From Coraliomargarita sp. (GTDB lineage: Bacteria > Verrucomicrobiota > Verrucomicrobiia > Opitutales > Coraliomargaritaceae), in contig OZ244160.1 of NCBI GenBank assembly GCA_965216325.1, forward strand, positions 2,112,001-2,176,000: DNA of 64,000 bases. Direction: 5' to 3'. Under the pieces are notes generated by a model that did no database searches, had not been told where the DNA came from, and was given only the letters and a program-made list of their open reading frames with translations. Made by a program: the position numbers and the translations under genes. Below, one piece after another: positions 1 to 7,983 of the stretch. Within the stretch, counting starts at the first letter, position 1. Each line of letters opens with the position of its first letter.

Positions 1-493
1 TAAGTAAGCCTTTGGTCGAGGCCGACCTGGTTGACTTATTGCTGAGCAATCGTAGCCACGCGCTCGGCGAGAGCGATGAGGCGAGCGCAGAGAAGTGCGA
101 GTGCGAAGCGAATTGGCAGACAGTTTCTTTAAGCAAGCAGATCGGGCTCAGGTGTTGGATCTGGGAGCCTTCTATGATGTACTGTCAGGGAATCAAGAGG
201 TCGCGCACGATTTGCTGCAGCAGTTTAGCCACGATGCCTTGGACTCGTTCGACGAGGGGCAAGCTGCCATGGCGGCTGAGGGCTTGGAGACTGCACGCAG
301 CCGTTTTCATCAGCTTTCCGGTACGGCTGGCACTATCTGTGCAGATCAGGTACGAGTCTACTGCTTGGGCTTGGAGCGGTGCCTCATGCAAGAGCCACCC
401 GATCTGGACGCCTGCCTTAAACATCTCCCCGACGCGCGCGCGGCGCTGCAGCGCCTGTGCTCCGAAATAAACAAACTTACCAACGCTGGTTAA
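1..493 (+). CDS. 3' end of a hybrid sensor kinase/response regulator: receiver-domain end (frame 3) plus Hpt domain (95..493, frame 2), apparently frameshifted near nt 80-100
   Basis: Frame 3 from nt 3 reads SKPLVEADLVDLLL, the typical xKP end of a receiver domain. ORF 95..493 has an Hpt-like motif FHQLSGTAGTICA. It ends 1 nt before the NtrC-family gene. Confidence 0.6.
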
Positions 494-494
494 T

Positions 495-1853
495 ATGTGT
501 GCTTCTGTAAAACCCCGCCGCCTTCTGATTGCTGATGATGACCCGATTACCTCACGAGTCATCAAGCATGGCTTCGAATCCGTCGGCCTAACTGGAGCCT
601 ATTTTGAAAACGGCGATGACTTATTGGAGCACTTGCATGACGGTGTTGAGGCCTGCGTACTCGATATCCAGATGCCCGGCACCAATGGCTTAGACTGTCT
701 ACAGCGTATCAAGAAAAACCATCCGCACTCCGAGGTCATTATCCTCACCAATGTGAATCAGGCGGCGGAAGCGCTTGAGGCTGTGCGCTTAGGTGCTTTC
801 GACTACATTACCAAGCCTTTTGATTTGAAGGAGCTCACCAACCGAGTTTCGAATGCGATGTCCTATTGCCGCAGTCAGCTGGAGCGTGAGGCCTTGAGGG
901 CTTCTTTGGCCGAGCCGCAGTTGGAGACTCCTGTCCTTGGGCAGTCGGCTGTGATGCAACAAGTGCAGTCCTTAGTGCAGCGTATTGCGCCGACCTTGAA
1001 TTCGGTCTTGCTCACAGGGGCCAGCGGCACGGGGAAGACTTTGTTGGCACGCGCGATTCATGCGGCGAGTAAGCGAGCGGACGCGCCCTTTATTAGTGTC
1101 AGCTGTCCGTCTTTGCCGGGTGAGTTGCTTGAGTCCGAGATGTTTGGCCACGAGAAGGGTGCCTTCACGGGCGCGACTGCGCGCCGTATTGGGCGCGTGC
1201 AACTCGCGGAAGGGGGCACGCTCTTCCTTGATGAAATCGCTGAGCTGTCGCTACCACTACAGGCCAAGTTGCTGACTTTCCTGCAGAGTAAAACCTACTA
1301 CCGAATTGGTGGTGAAAAAGCTCTGAAAAGTGATGTCCGTATTTTGGCGGCGACTAATCAGGATCTCGAAGCACGTGCTAAAGAAGGACTGTTCCGTGAA
1401 GATTTATTCTACCGTCTTAATGTGTTGCCGATCGAGATGCCGGATCTCACGGATCGACGTGAAGACATTCCGATGTTGGTGGAGCAGTTCGTTGGGCGTT
1501 TTGCAGCCGAGAATGAGCAGCCGATGCCGCGCATTGCGCCCGACTGTCTCTTGCAATTACAGCAGATGTCTTGGCCTGGGAATGTGCGTGAATTGGAGAA
1601 TGCCGTGATTCGTGCAATGACCCTGCGCGCTGATCCCGAGCAGTTACAGGCCGACGATTTGCTCGGGCTTTCCGTACCTGAGCCTTCGGTTGGGATGGCA
1701 AGCTTGGGCGGGATGACTCTGGCAGAGATCGAACGCCGTGCCTTGGTTGAAACCCTGGAGCTCTGCGGTCAGCGCAAGGCCGAAGCGGCCCGCATGTTGG
1801 GCATCGCCGTGAAAAGCGTGTATAACAAGATGTGCCGTCACGGTCTGATCTAA
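495..1853 (+). CDS. Sigma-54-dependent response regulator (NtrC/AtoC family: REC, AAA+, Fis-type HTH)
   Basis: IADDD and LDIQMP receiver motifs, Walker [15 protein letters not shown] loop, [17 protein letters not shown]-terminal HTH. Confidence 0.95.
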   Translation: MCASVKPRRLLIADDDPITSRVIKHGFESVGLTGAYFENGDDLLEHLHDGVEACVLDIQMPGTNGLDCLQRIKKNHPHSEVIILTNVNQAAEALEAVRLGAFDYITKPFDLKELTNRVSNAMSYCRSQLEREALRASLAEPQLETPVLGQSAVMQQVQSLVQRIAPTLNSVLLTGASGTGKTLLARAIHAASKRADAPFISVSCPSLPGELLESEMFGHEKGAFTGATARRIGRVQLAEGGTLFLDEIAELSLPLQAKLLTFLQSKTYYRIGGEKALKSDVRILAATNQDLEARAKEGLFREDLFYRLNVLPIEMPDLTDRREDIPMLVEQFVGRFAAENEQPMPRIAPDCLLQLQQMSWPGNVRELENAVIRAMTLRADPEQLQADDLLGLSVPEPSVGMASLGGMTLAEIERRALVETLELCGQRKAEAARMLGIAVKSVYNKMCRHGLI

Positions 1854-1915
1854 GACTAGAGAACCGCGCCTTCGTGGTTGTCAGCCCGCTTGCCTCCGAG
1901 TTGAATCTGGCGCTG

Positions 1916-2617
1916 ATGGACTACGAATTTGATGAGACCCCAATTGAACTCACCGCCGAAGAAGCCCGTGTGTTGGGCTGCTTGATGGAGAAGTGCTTTA
2001 CCACCCCGGATGTGTATCCGCTCACTTTCAACAGTTTGCTGACCGCCTGTAACCAAAAGACCAACCGCGCGCCGGTCGTGGATTACGACGAAGATATCGT
2101 CGCCGAAGCGATCGAAGGCTTGCGTGGCAAGCAACTCGCCCTGCGCGTGGATGGGGCCGGCTCGCGCGTGCAGAAGTACCGTCATCGCATCGATGAGCGT
2201 CTAGGGCTGAGTTCAGCCAGTCAGGCGCTGCTTACGGTGCTCCTTTTGCGCGGGCCGCAAACCTTGGGCGAGCTCCGCACCCGCACCGAGCGCATGCACG
2301 CCTTCCCGACGATTGAGTCGGTTGAAAAAGAGATCACTGAAGCGGCGGAAGACTGTGAACTCCCCCTGTGGAAACGTTTGCCACAAGCACCCGGCCAGAA
2401 AGAAGCCCGCTTCGCTCATCGACTCTTTGGTGAAGATGCTCTCGCCGCTGAGCAGCAATTCGATGCGCCCGCCGTTGCGACAGCACCGGCAGCAGTGACT
2501 GCTGTGCAGCAGCGCAACGAACGCATCGCCGAGCTCGAGCAACGCGTGGAAACACTAGAGACACAACTCTCAGAGCTGAACGCTCAGTTCACTGCCTTCA
2601 AAGCGCAGTTTCAGTAG
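1916..2617 (+). CDS. yceH: DUF480 / YceH family protein
   Basis: [31 protein letters not shown] and [18 protein letters not shown] motifs; start moved to ATG 1916. Confidence 0.85.
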   Translation: MDYEFDETPIELTAEEARVLGCLMEKCFTTPDVYPLTFNSLLTACNQKTNRAPVVDYDEDIVAEAIEGLRGKQLALRVDGAGSRVQKYRHRIDERLGLSSASQALLTVLLLRGPQTLGELRTRTERMHAFPTIESVEKEITEAAEDCELPLWKRLPQAPGQKEARFAHRLFGEDALAAEQQFDAPAVATAPAAVTAVQQRNERIAELEQRVETLETQLSELNAQFTAFKAQFQ

Positions 2618-2638
2618 CATAGGCATCTTGCCTGTGCC
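2614..2638. repeat. GTAG-type REP (GTAGCATAGGCATCTTGCCTGTGC)
   Basis: Imperfect palindrome after GTAG; related GCAC(G/A)GGCATCTTGCCTGTG near 15142-15162. Confidence 0.6.
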
Positions 2639-2655
2639 ATATGAGTTTGGCTAGG

Positions 2656-2875
2656 GGCACCACTCCGTCTCGTTTCACAGCTTCGACCGTTCGACAAGCT
2701 CACGGCAGGCCAAGCTCACGCCAAGCTAAGCCCACGGCAGGCGATCCATCCCTCCTCGACAAATTCGACAGGCTCATTTCAGAGAGGAGGGGAGTTTTTG
2801 TGGCGTCAGTTTAGAAAGCTCCTCCCCTGCCAAGGGGAGCTCAGCCTGAGTTTGTCGAAGACAGGGAGCGGTATA
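2656..2875. repeat. Composite of palindromic elements: DUF559-type hairpin repeats carrying nested TTCGACAAGCTCA-type inserts
   Basis: GCACCACTCCGTCTCG...GATCCATCCCTCCTCG...AGGAGGGGAGT matches the uninterrupted copy at ~43429-43480; CTCCCCTGCCAAGGGGAG at ~2822. Confidence 0.7.
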
Positions 2876-2888
2876 AGGTCCTGTCAGC

Positions 2889-3524
2889 TTAGCGCTTGCT
2901 CGCCTGATACTGCTGCCAGTTCTGGTAGGCGAAGAAGCCCATGAACAGTAGTAGGATCAGTGCATTCAGCACAAAGAAGGCGATCAGCCCGATCGCGACC
3001 GCAGTCACCATGCCGATCAAATGCACCAGCGGCGCGCGCTGCGGGCCAAGCGCAGCAGCCAGCATTTGTCCGCCATCCATTGGGTGGATCGGAAGGCAGT
3101 TCAAAATGGACCAGACAAAGCTGACCCACATCATAAAGATCAAGGCGATCTCCAAGAGCGAGCCTTCGGGGAAGGGGAGGATAAACAGCAAAATTACGGC
3201 GACGATACCCAACACAAACTGAATCGCCGGCCCGGCGGCCGTTACCAGAAAGCTCTGCTTACGGTTCAGATGCCCCGCCGGGTAACGCGCAAAGCCGCCA
3301 AAGGCCACCAAGTGGACCTCGGTCGGCAGACGATACTTCTTGATCATCAGCGCGTGGCCGAACTCGTGCACCAAGACCGAGACAAAGCCGGCCAGCACAA
3401 ACATGGCGACCTCGATAAGGGCAGTCGTATCGTTTGCGCGTAAGCCGCCACCAATCAGCGCGAGCGTCAGCCAGAACCAAGGGTGCACAAATACGGGAAT
3501 GTTGAATAAACGAAATCGAAGCAT
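2889..3524 (-). CDS. Site-2 protease / peptidase M50 family membrane metalloprotease
   Basis: HEFGH zinc motif, [15 protein letters not shown], several TM helices. Confidence 0.9.
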   Translation of the reverse strand: MLRFRLFNIPVFVHPWFWLTLALIGGGLRANDTTALIEVAMFVLAGFVSVLVHEFGHALMIKKYRLPTEVHLVAFGGFARYPAGHLNRKQSFLVTAAGPAIQFVLGIVAVILLFILPFPEGSLLEIALIFMMWVSFVWSILNCLPIHPMDGGQMLAAALGPQRAPLVHLIGMVTAVAIGLIAFFVLNALILLLFMGFFAYQNWQQYQASKR

Positions 3525-3618
3525 CGCCGCAGATATGGAACGTCTATCCGAACCTGAGCAATGTTATTGTTGATCCGAGATTGCCAGTGATGGACGCGCT
3601 GGTGTTGACTGTGTTCTA

Positions 3619-4611
3619 ATGAAACTCGGAATTATTGGAACTGGTTGGGTCGCAGAGAAGCATTTGTCTGCACTGCAGCAAATTGAGGGCGCAGAAGTGG
3701 TTGCAATCGCTGGCCGTAATCAAGATCGCGCGCTTGAGTTGGCGGCCCCCTTCGGTGCAAAGACCTATGATGCGTATTTGCCGATGCTTGAGCGAGAGTC
3801 GCTCGATGCGGTGTTTCTATTGCTGCCGCCGCATTTGCACGGGGAGGTGGAGCGTGCTTGTGCGGAGCATGTGGGTGCGGTGCTGATTGAAAAGCCGATC
3901 ACGCCGTCCTTTGAGCAGGCGCAGGAGGTTCACCGTATCTTTCAACGAGCGGGCACCCTCGTCTCTGTTGGCTATCAGAACCGCTACCGCACTGCGGTTC
4001 AACAAGCACGTGCTCACTTTACCGAAACCACGCCAGGTATTCTGGCCAATGGTTGGTGGATCACCGAAATGCCTCCGCCGTCTTGGTGGCGGCGCATGGA
4101 GCAGTCCGGCGGGCAATTCGTCGAGCAGTGCACCCACTTGGTCGATCTCAGTCGCTACTTTATGGGCGAGATTACCGAGGTGAGTGCTTACCGCACCAGT
4201 GGCTACATGACCGAGGTGCCTGATTACAGCGTCGACGACGCGATGGTCGTCAATGTGCGCTTCGCTTCCGGGGCCTTGGGCTCCTTCAGCACCGGTTGCT
4301 TTCCGGTTGGTAATCACGACGACATCGGCATTTGTCTGAACCTGTCTACGCGCCAGCACCGTGCGGTCTTCGAGACGTGGAACTTCGACGGGACCCTGCA
4401 CAGTGGTCGTGCCGCGCCGGAGCGATTACCCCAAACAAGCGACGCGTTCCTGCTACAGAACAAGGCCTTTTTGGGCGCAGTCGCCAGTAAGGACAGCAGT
4501 GGTATCCTCTCTAGTTATGAGGACTCCATGCGGACGCTCGCCGTAACGCTTGCGGCCAATGAATCCGCCCGCCAGCAGAGCGGCGCCCCGGTCCAGGTGG
4601 CTGCGGTTTAG
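3619..4611 (+). CDS. Gfo/Idh/MocA family oxidoreductase
   Basis: GIIGTGWVA Rossmann motif, IEKP, GYQNRY, GGQFVEQCTHLVDL. Confidence 0.9.
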   Translation: MKLGIIGTGWVAEKHLSALQQIEGAEVVAIAGRNQDRALELAAPFGAKTYDAYLPMLERESLDAVFLLLPPHLHGEVERACAEHVGAVLIEKPITPSFEQAQEVHRIFQRAGTLVSVGYQNRYRTAVQQARAHFTETTPGILANGWWITEMPPPSWWRRMEQSGGQFVEQCTHLVDLSRYFMGEITEVSAYRTSGYMTEVPDYSVDDAMVVNVRFASGALGSFSTGCFPVGNHDDIGICLNLSTRQHRAVFETWNFDGTLHSGRAAPERLPQTSDAFLLQNKAFLGAVASKDSSGILSSYEDSMRTLAVTLAANESARQQSGAPVQVAAV

Positions 4612-4636
4612 GCTGCACCCTGGTCTTTGCTCTGCA

Positions 4637-4663
4637 GAGCGTTTGCTAAAGCTGCACGCTACG
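4637..4663. repeat. 27-bp REP-like unit; inverted partner of 5736..5762
   Basis: GAGCGTTTGCTAAAGCTGCACGCTACG is the exact reverse complement of 5736..5762. Confidence 0.85.
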
Positions 4664-4712
4664 GTGTCGATTCCAAGTAATGTCCGGCGCAGTCGGGACG
4701 ATCCATTTACCT

Positions 4713-5720
4713 ATGATCTCCTCCCAATCAATGGGCGAACCGGCCGATGTCCTCATCATCGGTGCAGGGATCGCCGGACTCCTCTGTGCGACTGAGCTGC
4801 AGCAAGCCGGCCTGCGCGTTTGCGTGCTCGATAAAGGTCGCGGCTTCGGCGGGCGCATGGCGACCCGTCGGATGGGTACTGCACGCCTCGACCACGGCGC
4901 GCAGTTTTTCACCGTGCGTGATCCTCAGTTGCAGGCCTATGTCAAACAATGGCTGGCAGCCGGACTGATCCGTGAGTGGTATCGGCACGCGCCGGAAGAT
5001 ACCAAGCCCACGGGCTATCCGCGCTATTGTGGTGTGCAGGGGATGACCGATGTGCCGAAACACTTGGCGGCCTCCTTGCCGGTCTGGCGTGAGCAACAGG
5101 TGAGCAGTCTCGCTTGGGTTAATGGTGTCTGGCGGGCCCACACCTTGCAGGGGCACTGTTTCCAGGCCCATCAACTGGTGCTGACCGCGCCCTTGCCACA
5201 GTCGCTGATGCTGCTCGATACCTCCGGACTGAGTTATGCCGACTCGCAGGCCTTGCAGGAGCTGCGTGCCGTGCGCTACGAGCGTGGACTTGCGACCTTG
5301 GCGGTCCTGAATGGGCCGAGTGGCCTACCCGCTCCGGGGCGTGTCAAGATCGATACACCACCGCTTGCGTGGATTGCCGATAACCAGCAGAAGGGTATCT
5401 CACCCGATGTATCCGCAATTACACTACACGCGGATCCCGACTTTGCCGAGGCATACTGGAGCTCGCCCGATGACCTGCGGGGGCCTCTCATGCTCGAAGC
5501 CGCCGCGCCCTACATGACTGCCAAAGTCATCGATTACAGTTGTCATCGTTGGGGATTTACTACGCCGATCAACCCTTGGCCGGAGCGCAGCTTCCACGAT
5601 GCCAACCTGCATTACACCCTCGCCGGTGACGCCTTTGGCGGCCCACGCATCGAAGGCGCTGCGCTCTCTGGCTTACATGCTGCCGAGACCTTATTAAGCA
5701 GCGTTTCGACGGATGCTTAG
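4713..5720 (+). CDS. Renalase-like FAD-dependent oxidoreductase
   Basis: GAGIAG, DKGRGFGGRMATRR, DHGAQFF, GDAFGGPRIEGAALSG; start is ATG 4713 or 4731. Confidence 0.85.
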   Translation: MISSQSMGEPADVLIIGAGIAGLLCATELQQAGLRVCVLDKGRGFGGRMATRRMGTARLDHGAQFFTVRDPQLQAYVKQWLAAGLIREWYRHAPEDTKPTGYPRYCGVQGMTDVPKHLAASLPVWREQQVSSLAWVNGVWRAHTLQGHCFQAHQLVLTAPLPQSLMLLDTSGLSYADSQALQELRAVRYERGLATLAVLNGPSGLPAPGRVKIDTPPLAWIADNQQKGISPDVSAITLHADPDFAEAYWSSPDDLRGPLMLEAAAPYMTAKVIDYSCHRWGFTTPINPWPERSFHDANLHYTLAGDAFGGPRIEGAALSGLHAAETLLSSVSTDA

Positions 5721-5735
5721 CTGCTTGCCTGCGGT

Positions 5736-5762
5736 CGTAGCGTGCAGCTTTAGCAAACGCTC
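5736..5762. repeat. 27-bp GTAG REP-like unit; inverted partner of 4637..4663
   Basis: CGTAGCGTGCAGCTTTAGCAAACGCTC. Confidence 0.85.
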
Positions 5763-6054
5763 CACCGAGCATCAGTCAGTGTTTTCACCGACGGATCGAT
5801 ACAAAGCGTTTGCTCACCTCAACTAGTTGTGTCGCAGGCACACCATGCCCAGTGCCAGTAGGCCAAGTCGTCCTGCGGCATTGGCTGGTTCCGGGGTACG
5901 TGCCCGCTCTTAGATTCCTTTTGTGACAAACGTGTGTTAAGATAGGTTTCGTGGGCGTAGGCCCGTCTCGGACCGCACGAAGATCTGCGCATGGGCCATG
6001 TTTAACCGCTTAAGGACGGGTATGCGGTCAATGCATTGGATGGGCAGGGTGGTC

Positions 6055-6185
6055 TCCTACCACTCTTTAACGTTTTCCGGTAACTGGAGGGACACTGTCC
6101 CCAGTGTCCGAATCAGACCTAACTGTGGACGACGAGGATGCCGTCCCTCCAGAATGATGACAGGTAAAGTCACACGATGGCATTA
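6055..6185. mobile_element. ~130-bp MITE-like element (ATACCA/TGGTAT-ended family), degenerate ends
   Basis: About 100 bp nearly identical to 53700-53800; internal GGAGGGAC...GTCCCTCC hairpin. Confidence 0.7.
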
Positions 6186-6313
6186 GGAAGGCAGGAACTG
6201 AGGCATCACTCAGATGGAGCTTCCTGTGTTCGTGCATTCCTGATGGCCAACACAGCTGTAAGCCCTTGTGCGCTTCGTGCCTTGCTGAGAGCTATTCACC
6301 GCGTTGTCAGCCC

Positions 6314-7225
6314 TTAGCAAAGCTCCGCGGCAGCCAGAAAGAGATCTTCGAAGGCATCCACACTGCGCTCAATCGGTTTAGCATAGCCGCCGCCCATGAA
6401 GATCACCATCGGCATGCCGTGCGCTTTGTGCAGTGCAAACACCCGGCGGTTCCTGGTGTCGAGCCCCGCGCGACTGAGCGAGAGCCGTCCCAGGCCATCG
6501 TCTGCCAAGGGATCCACACCGGCTTGATACAAAATCAAGTCAAAGTCCTGTGGGCGCACCCGCTCGAGTGTTTTGTCCAGCGCATCCAAATAATCCGCAT
6601 CGCCCATCTCGTCGGAGAGGTGCACATCCCAATCGCTTTGCTCTTTGCGGAAGGGGAAATTGCTTTCCGCATGCACCGAGCAGGTAAAGATATCCGGATA
6701 CCGCGCACACATCGATGCCGTGCCATCGCCCTGGTGCACATCGAGGTCGAGAACCAACACACGTGTTACCCTGGGTGACTGCAGTGCATGGATCGCGCAG
6801 AGTGCGATGTCGTTAAAGATGCAATAGCCCGAACCAAAGTCAGCGTGCGCATGGTGGGTGCCACCCGCCATATTGCCCGCCATGCCGCCGTGGGTTAGTA
6901 CTTGTTCCAAGGCCTGCAGGCTGCCGCCGGTGATGCGTAGTGTTCGCTCAATGATCGAGTCCGTCCAGGGACGCAGGCCGATACGTCGAATTGCCTCGAG
7001 CGATAGGCTAGCGGATAAAAACGCATCCACATAGTCGGCGTCATGCCCGAGTTCCAGCTCCGCGCGCGTCGCCATGCGTGGCGCACGCAGTTCAATGGTG
7101 TTGCTGTTCTTCAGGCGCTCATACAGCAGTCGATAACGCTCGCGCGGGAAGCGTGCATCCGGGGCGAGGCCCTCGGTGTAAATCGGATCGTAGTAGAGCG
7201 GCAGCATATCAGTCCCAGCGACCAT
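6314..7225 (-). CDS. Histone deacetylase family protein (AcuC/AphA-like)
   Basis: GGTHHA, GYCIFND, LDLDVHQGDGT, YQAGVD, GGGY; start may be 7207. Confidence 0.92.
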   Translation of the reverse strand: MVAGTDMLPLYYDPIYTEGLAPDARFPRERYRLLYERLKNSNTIELRAPRMATRAELELGHDADYVDAFLSASLSLEAIRRIGLRPWTDSIIERTLRITGGSLQALEQVLTHGGMAGNMAGGTHHAHADFGSGYCIFNDIALCAIHALQSPRVTRVLVLDLDVHQGDGTASMCARYPDIFTCSVHAESNFPFRKEQSDWDVHLSDEMGDADYLDALDKTLERVRPQDFDLILYQAGVDPLADDGLGRLSLSRAGLDTRNRRVFALHKAHGMPMVIFMGGGYAKPIERSVDAFEDLFLAAAELC

Positions 7226-7459
7226 GTGCTGACCGTGGACCGAAGCAAATCCGAATTAAAACGATGTTGCTTTGCACCGCATCCGAGGAACTCAGTGACG
7301 ACCAGAAGCGATGGTAGCGCAGGTGCGTCTCGAATGGCACTACCTTAAGGATAATTATGGGCTGGATGTTCTATTGCGGTATAGACTGTTTAAAACTCTC
7401 TTCCTTGGTTAGGAGGAGTCCCCTGAGCTTGTCGAAGGGGGAGGTGGTTGGTTGCTGCG

Positions 7460-7589
7460 TTATACCATACTGTAACTTTTCCCCTTAAAAAGGTAGGGAG
7501 GTCCCCTCCGACTTTCAGAGGCATGAGGGCATGCCTCCCTACCCAACAATAGCATTCGTCCTACCAGAAATAGTTGAAGACTGGTATTA
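7460..7589 (-). mobile_element. ~130-bp ATACCA/TGGTAT-ended element with GGTAGGGAGG...CCTCCCTACC internal hairpin
   Basis: Ends TTATACCA...TGGTATTA; arms match 53672-53700 and 53803-53850 in reverse. Confidence 0.7.
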
Positions 7590-7606
7590 TAGGCCTTTCT
7601 TCGGTC

Positions 7607-7657
7607 ATACCCCTCCGTCTGCTTTCGCAGGCACCTCCCCATGGCTGGGGAGGTGCT
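7607..7657. repeat. DUF559-type double-hairpin repeat
   Basis: CCCCTCCGTCTGCTTTCGCAGGCACCTCCCCATGGCTGGGGAGG is approximately the reverse complement of 13478-13523. Confidence 0.75.
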
Positions 7658-7851
7658 ATTTGTCTCTGAGAATTCTTAAATTTGCCTTAAGGTAGTAACA
7701 TTCGGTCCGTCTCGGACTGCATTCAGGCCTGCGCATGTGTAATGTTGAACCGTTAATGAACGTGAATGCTAAGTGATGTAGGACAGGCGTCGCACCGCTT
7801 GTAAAAAATTCAGGAGACGTTTTTTTGGGGGATCCAAAGACGGTAGAATTT

Positions 7852-7876
7852 ACTGGGATACCATACGTATCCCAGT
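7852..7876. promoter_or_regulatory. Perfect 10-bp inverted repeat; candidate upstream activator site
   Basis: ACTGGGATAC-catac-GTATCCCAGT about 70-90 bp upstream of a -24/-12 motif. Confidence 0.5.
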
Positions 7877-7942
7877 TTCTGAGGAGTAGCGAAATTATTT
7901 ATCCAGCTGATAAACAGGTGCTTGTGTAGTTTGGGAGGTCGG

Positions 7943-7958
7943 TGGCATGTCGCCTGCT
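7943..7958 (+). promoter_or_regulatory. Putative sigma-54 (-24/-12) promoter
   Basis: TGGCATGTCGCCTGCT: GG and GC separated by exactly 10 nt, just upstream of ATG 7984. Confidence 0.55.
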
Positions 7959-7983
7959 TATTACAGGAAGCCCCTCAACGATT

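Larger units (their letters stand above)
7332..7703. mobile_element. IS4-like MITE with 19-bp terminal inverted repeats and 10-bp target-site duplication; contains nested repeats
   Basis: GAATGGCACTACCTTAAGG (7332-7350) and CCTTAAGGTAGTAACATTC (7685-7703) are 17/19 complementary; flanked by GGTGCGTCTC (7322-7331) and GGTCCGTCTC (7704-7713). Confidence 0.75.

Noticed and set aside
12..470. 152-aa ORF as an independent gene
   Set aside because: Only its first ~25 codons look like a receiver-domain tail; the rest overlaps the Hpt frame
5998..6186. Small ORFs sharing peptides (5998..6186, 7460..7642, 53523..53777, 53774..54019)
   Set aside because: The similarity comes from the ~130-bp DNA element, not from a protein family
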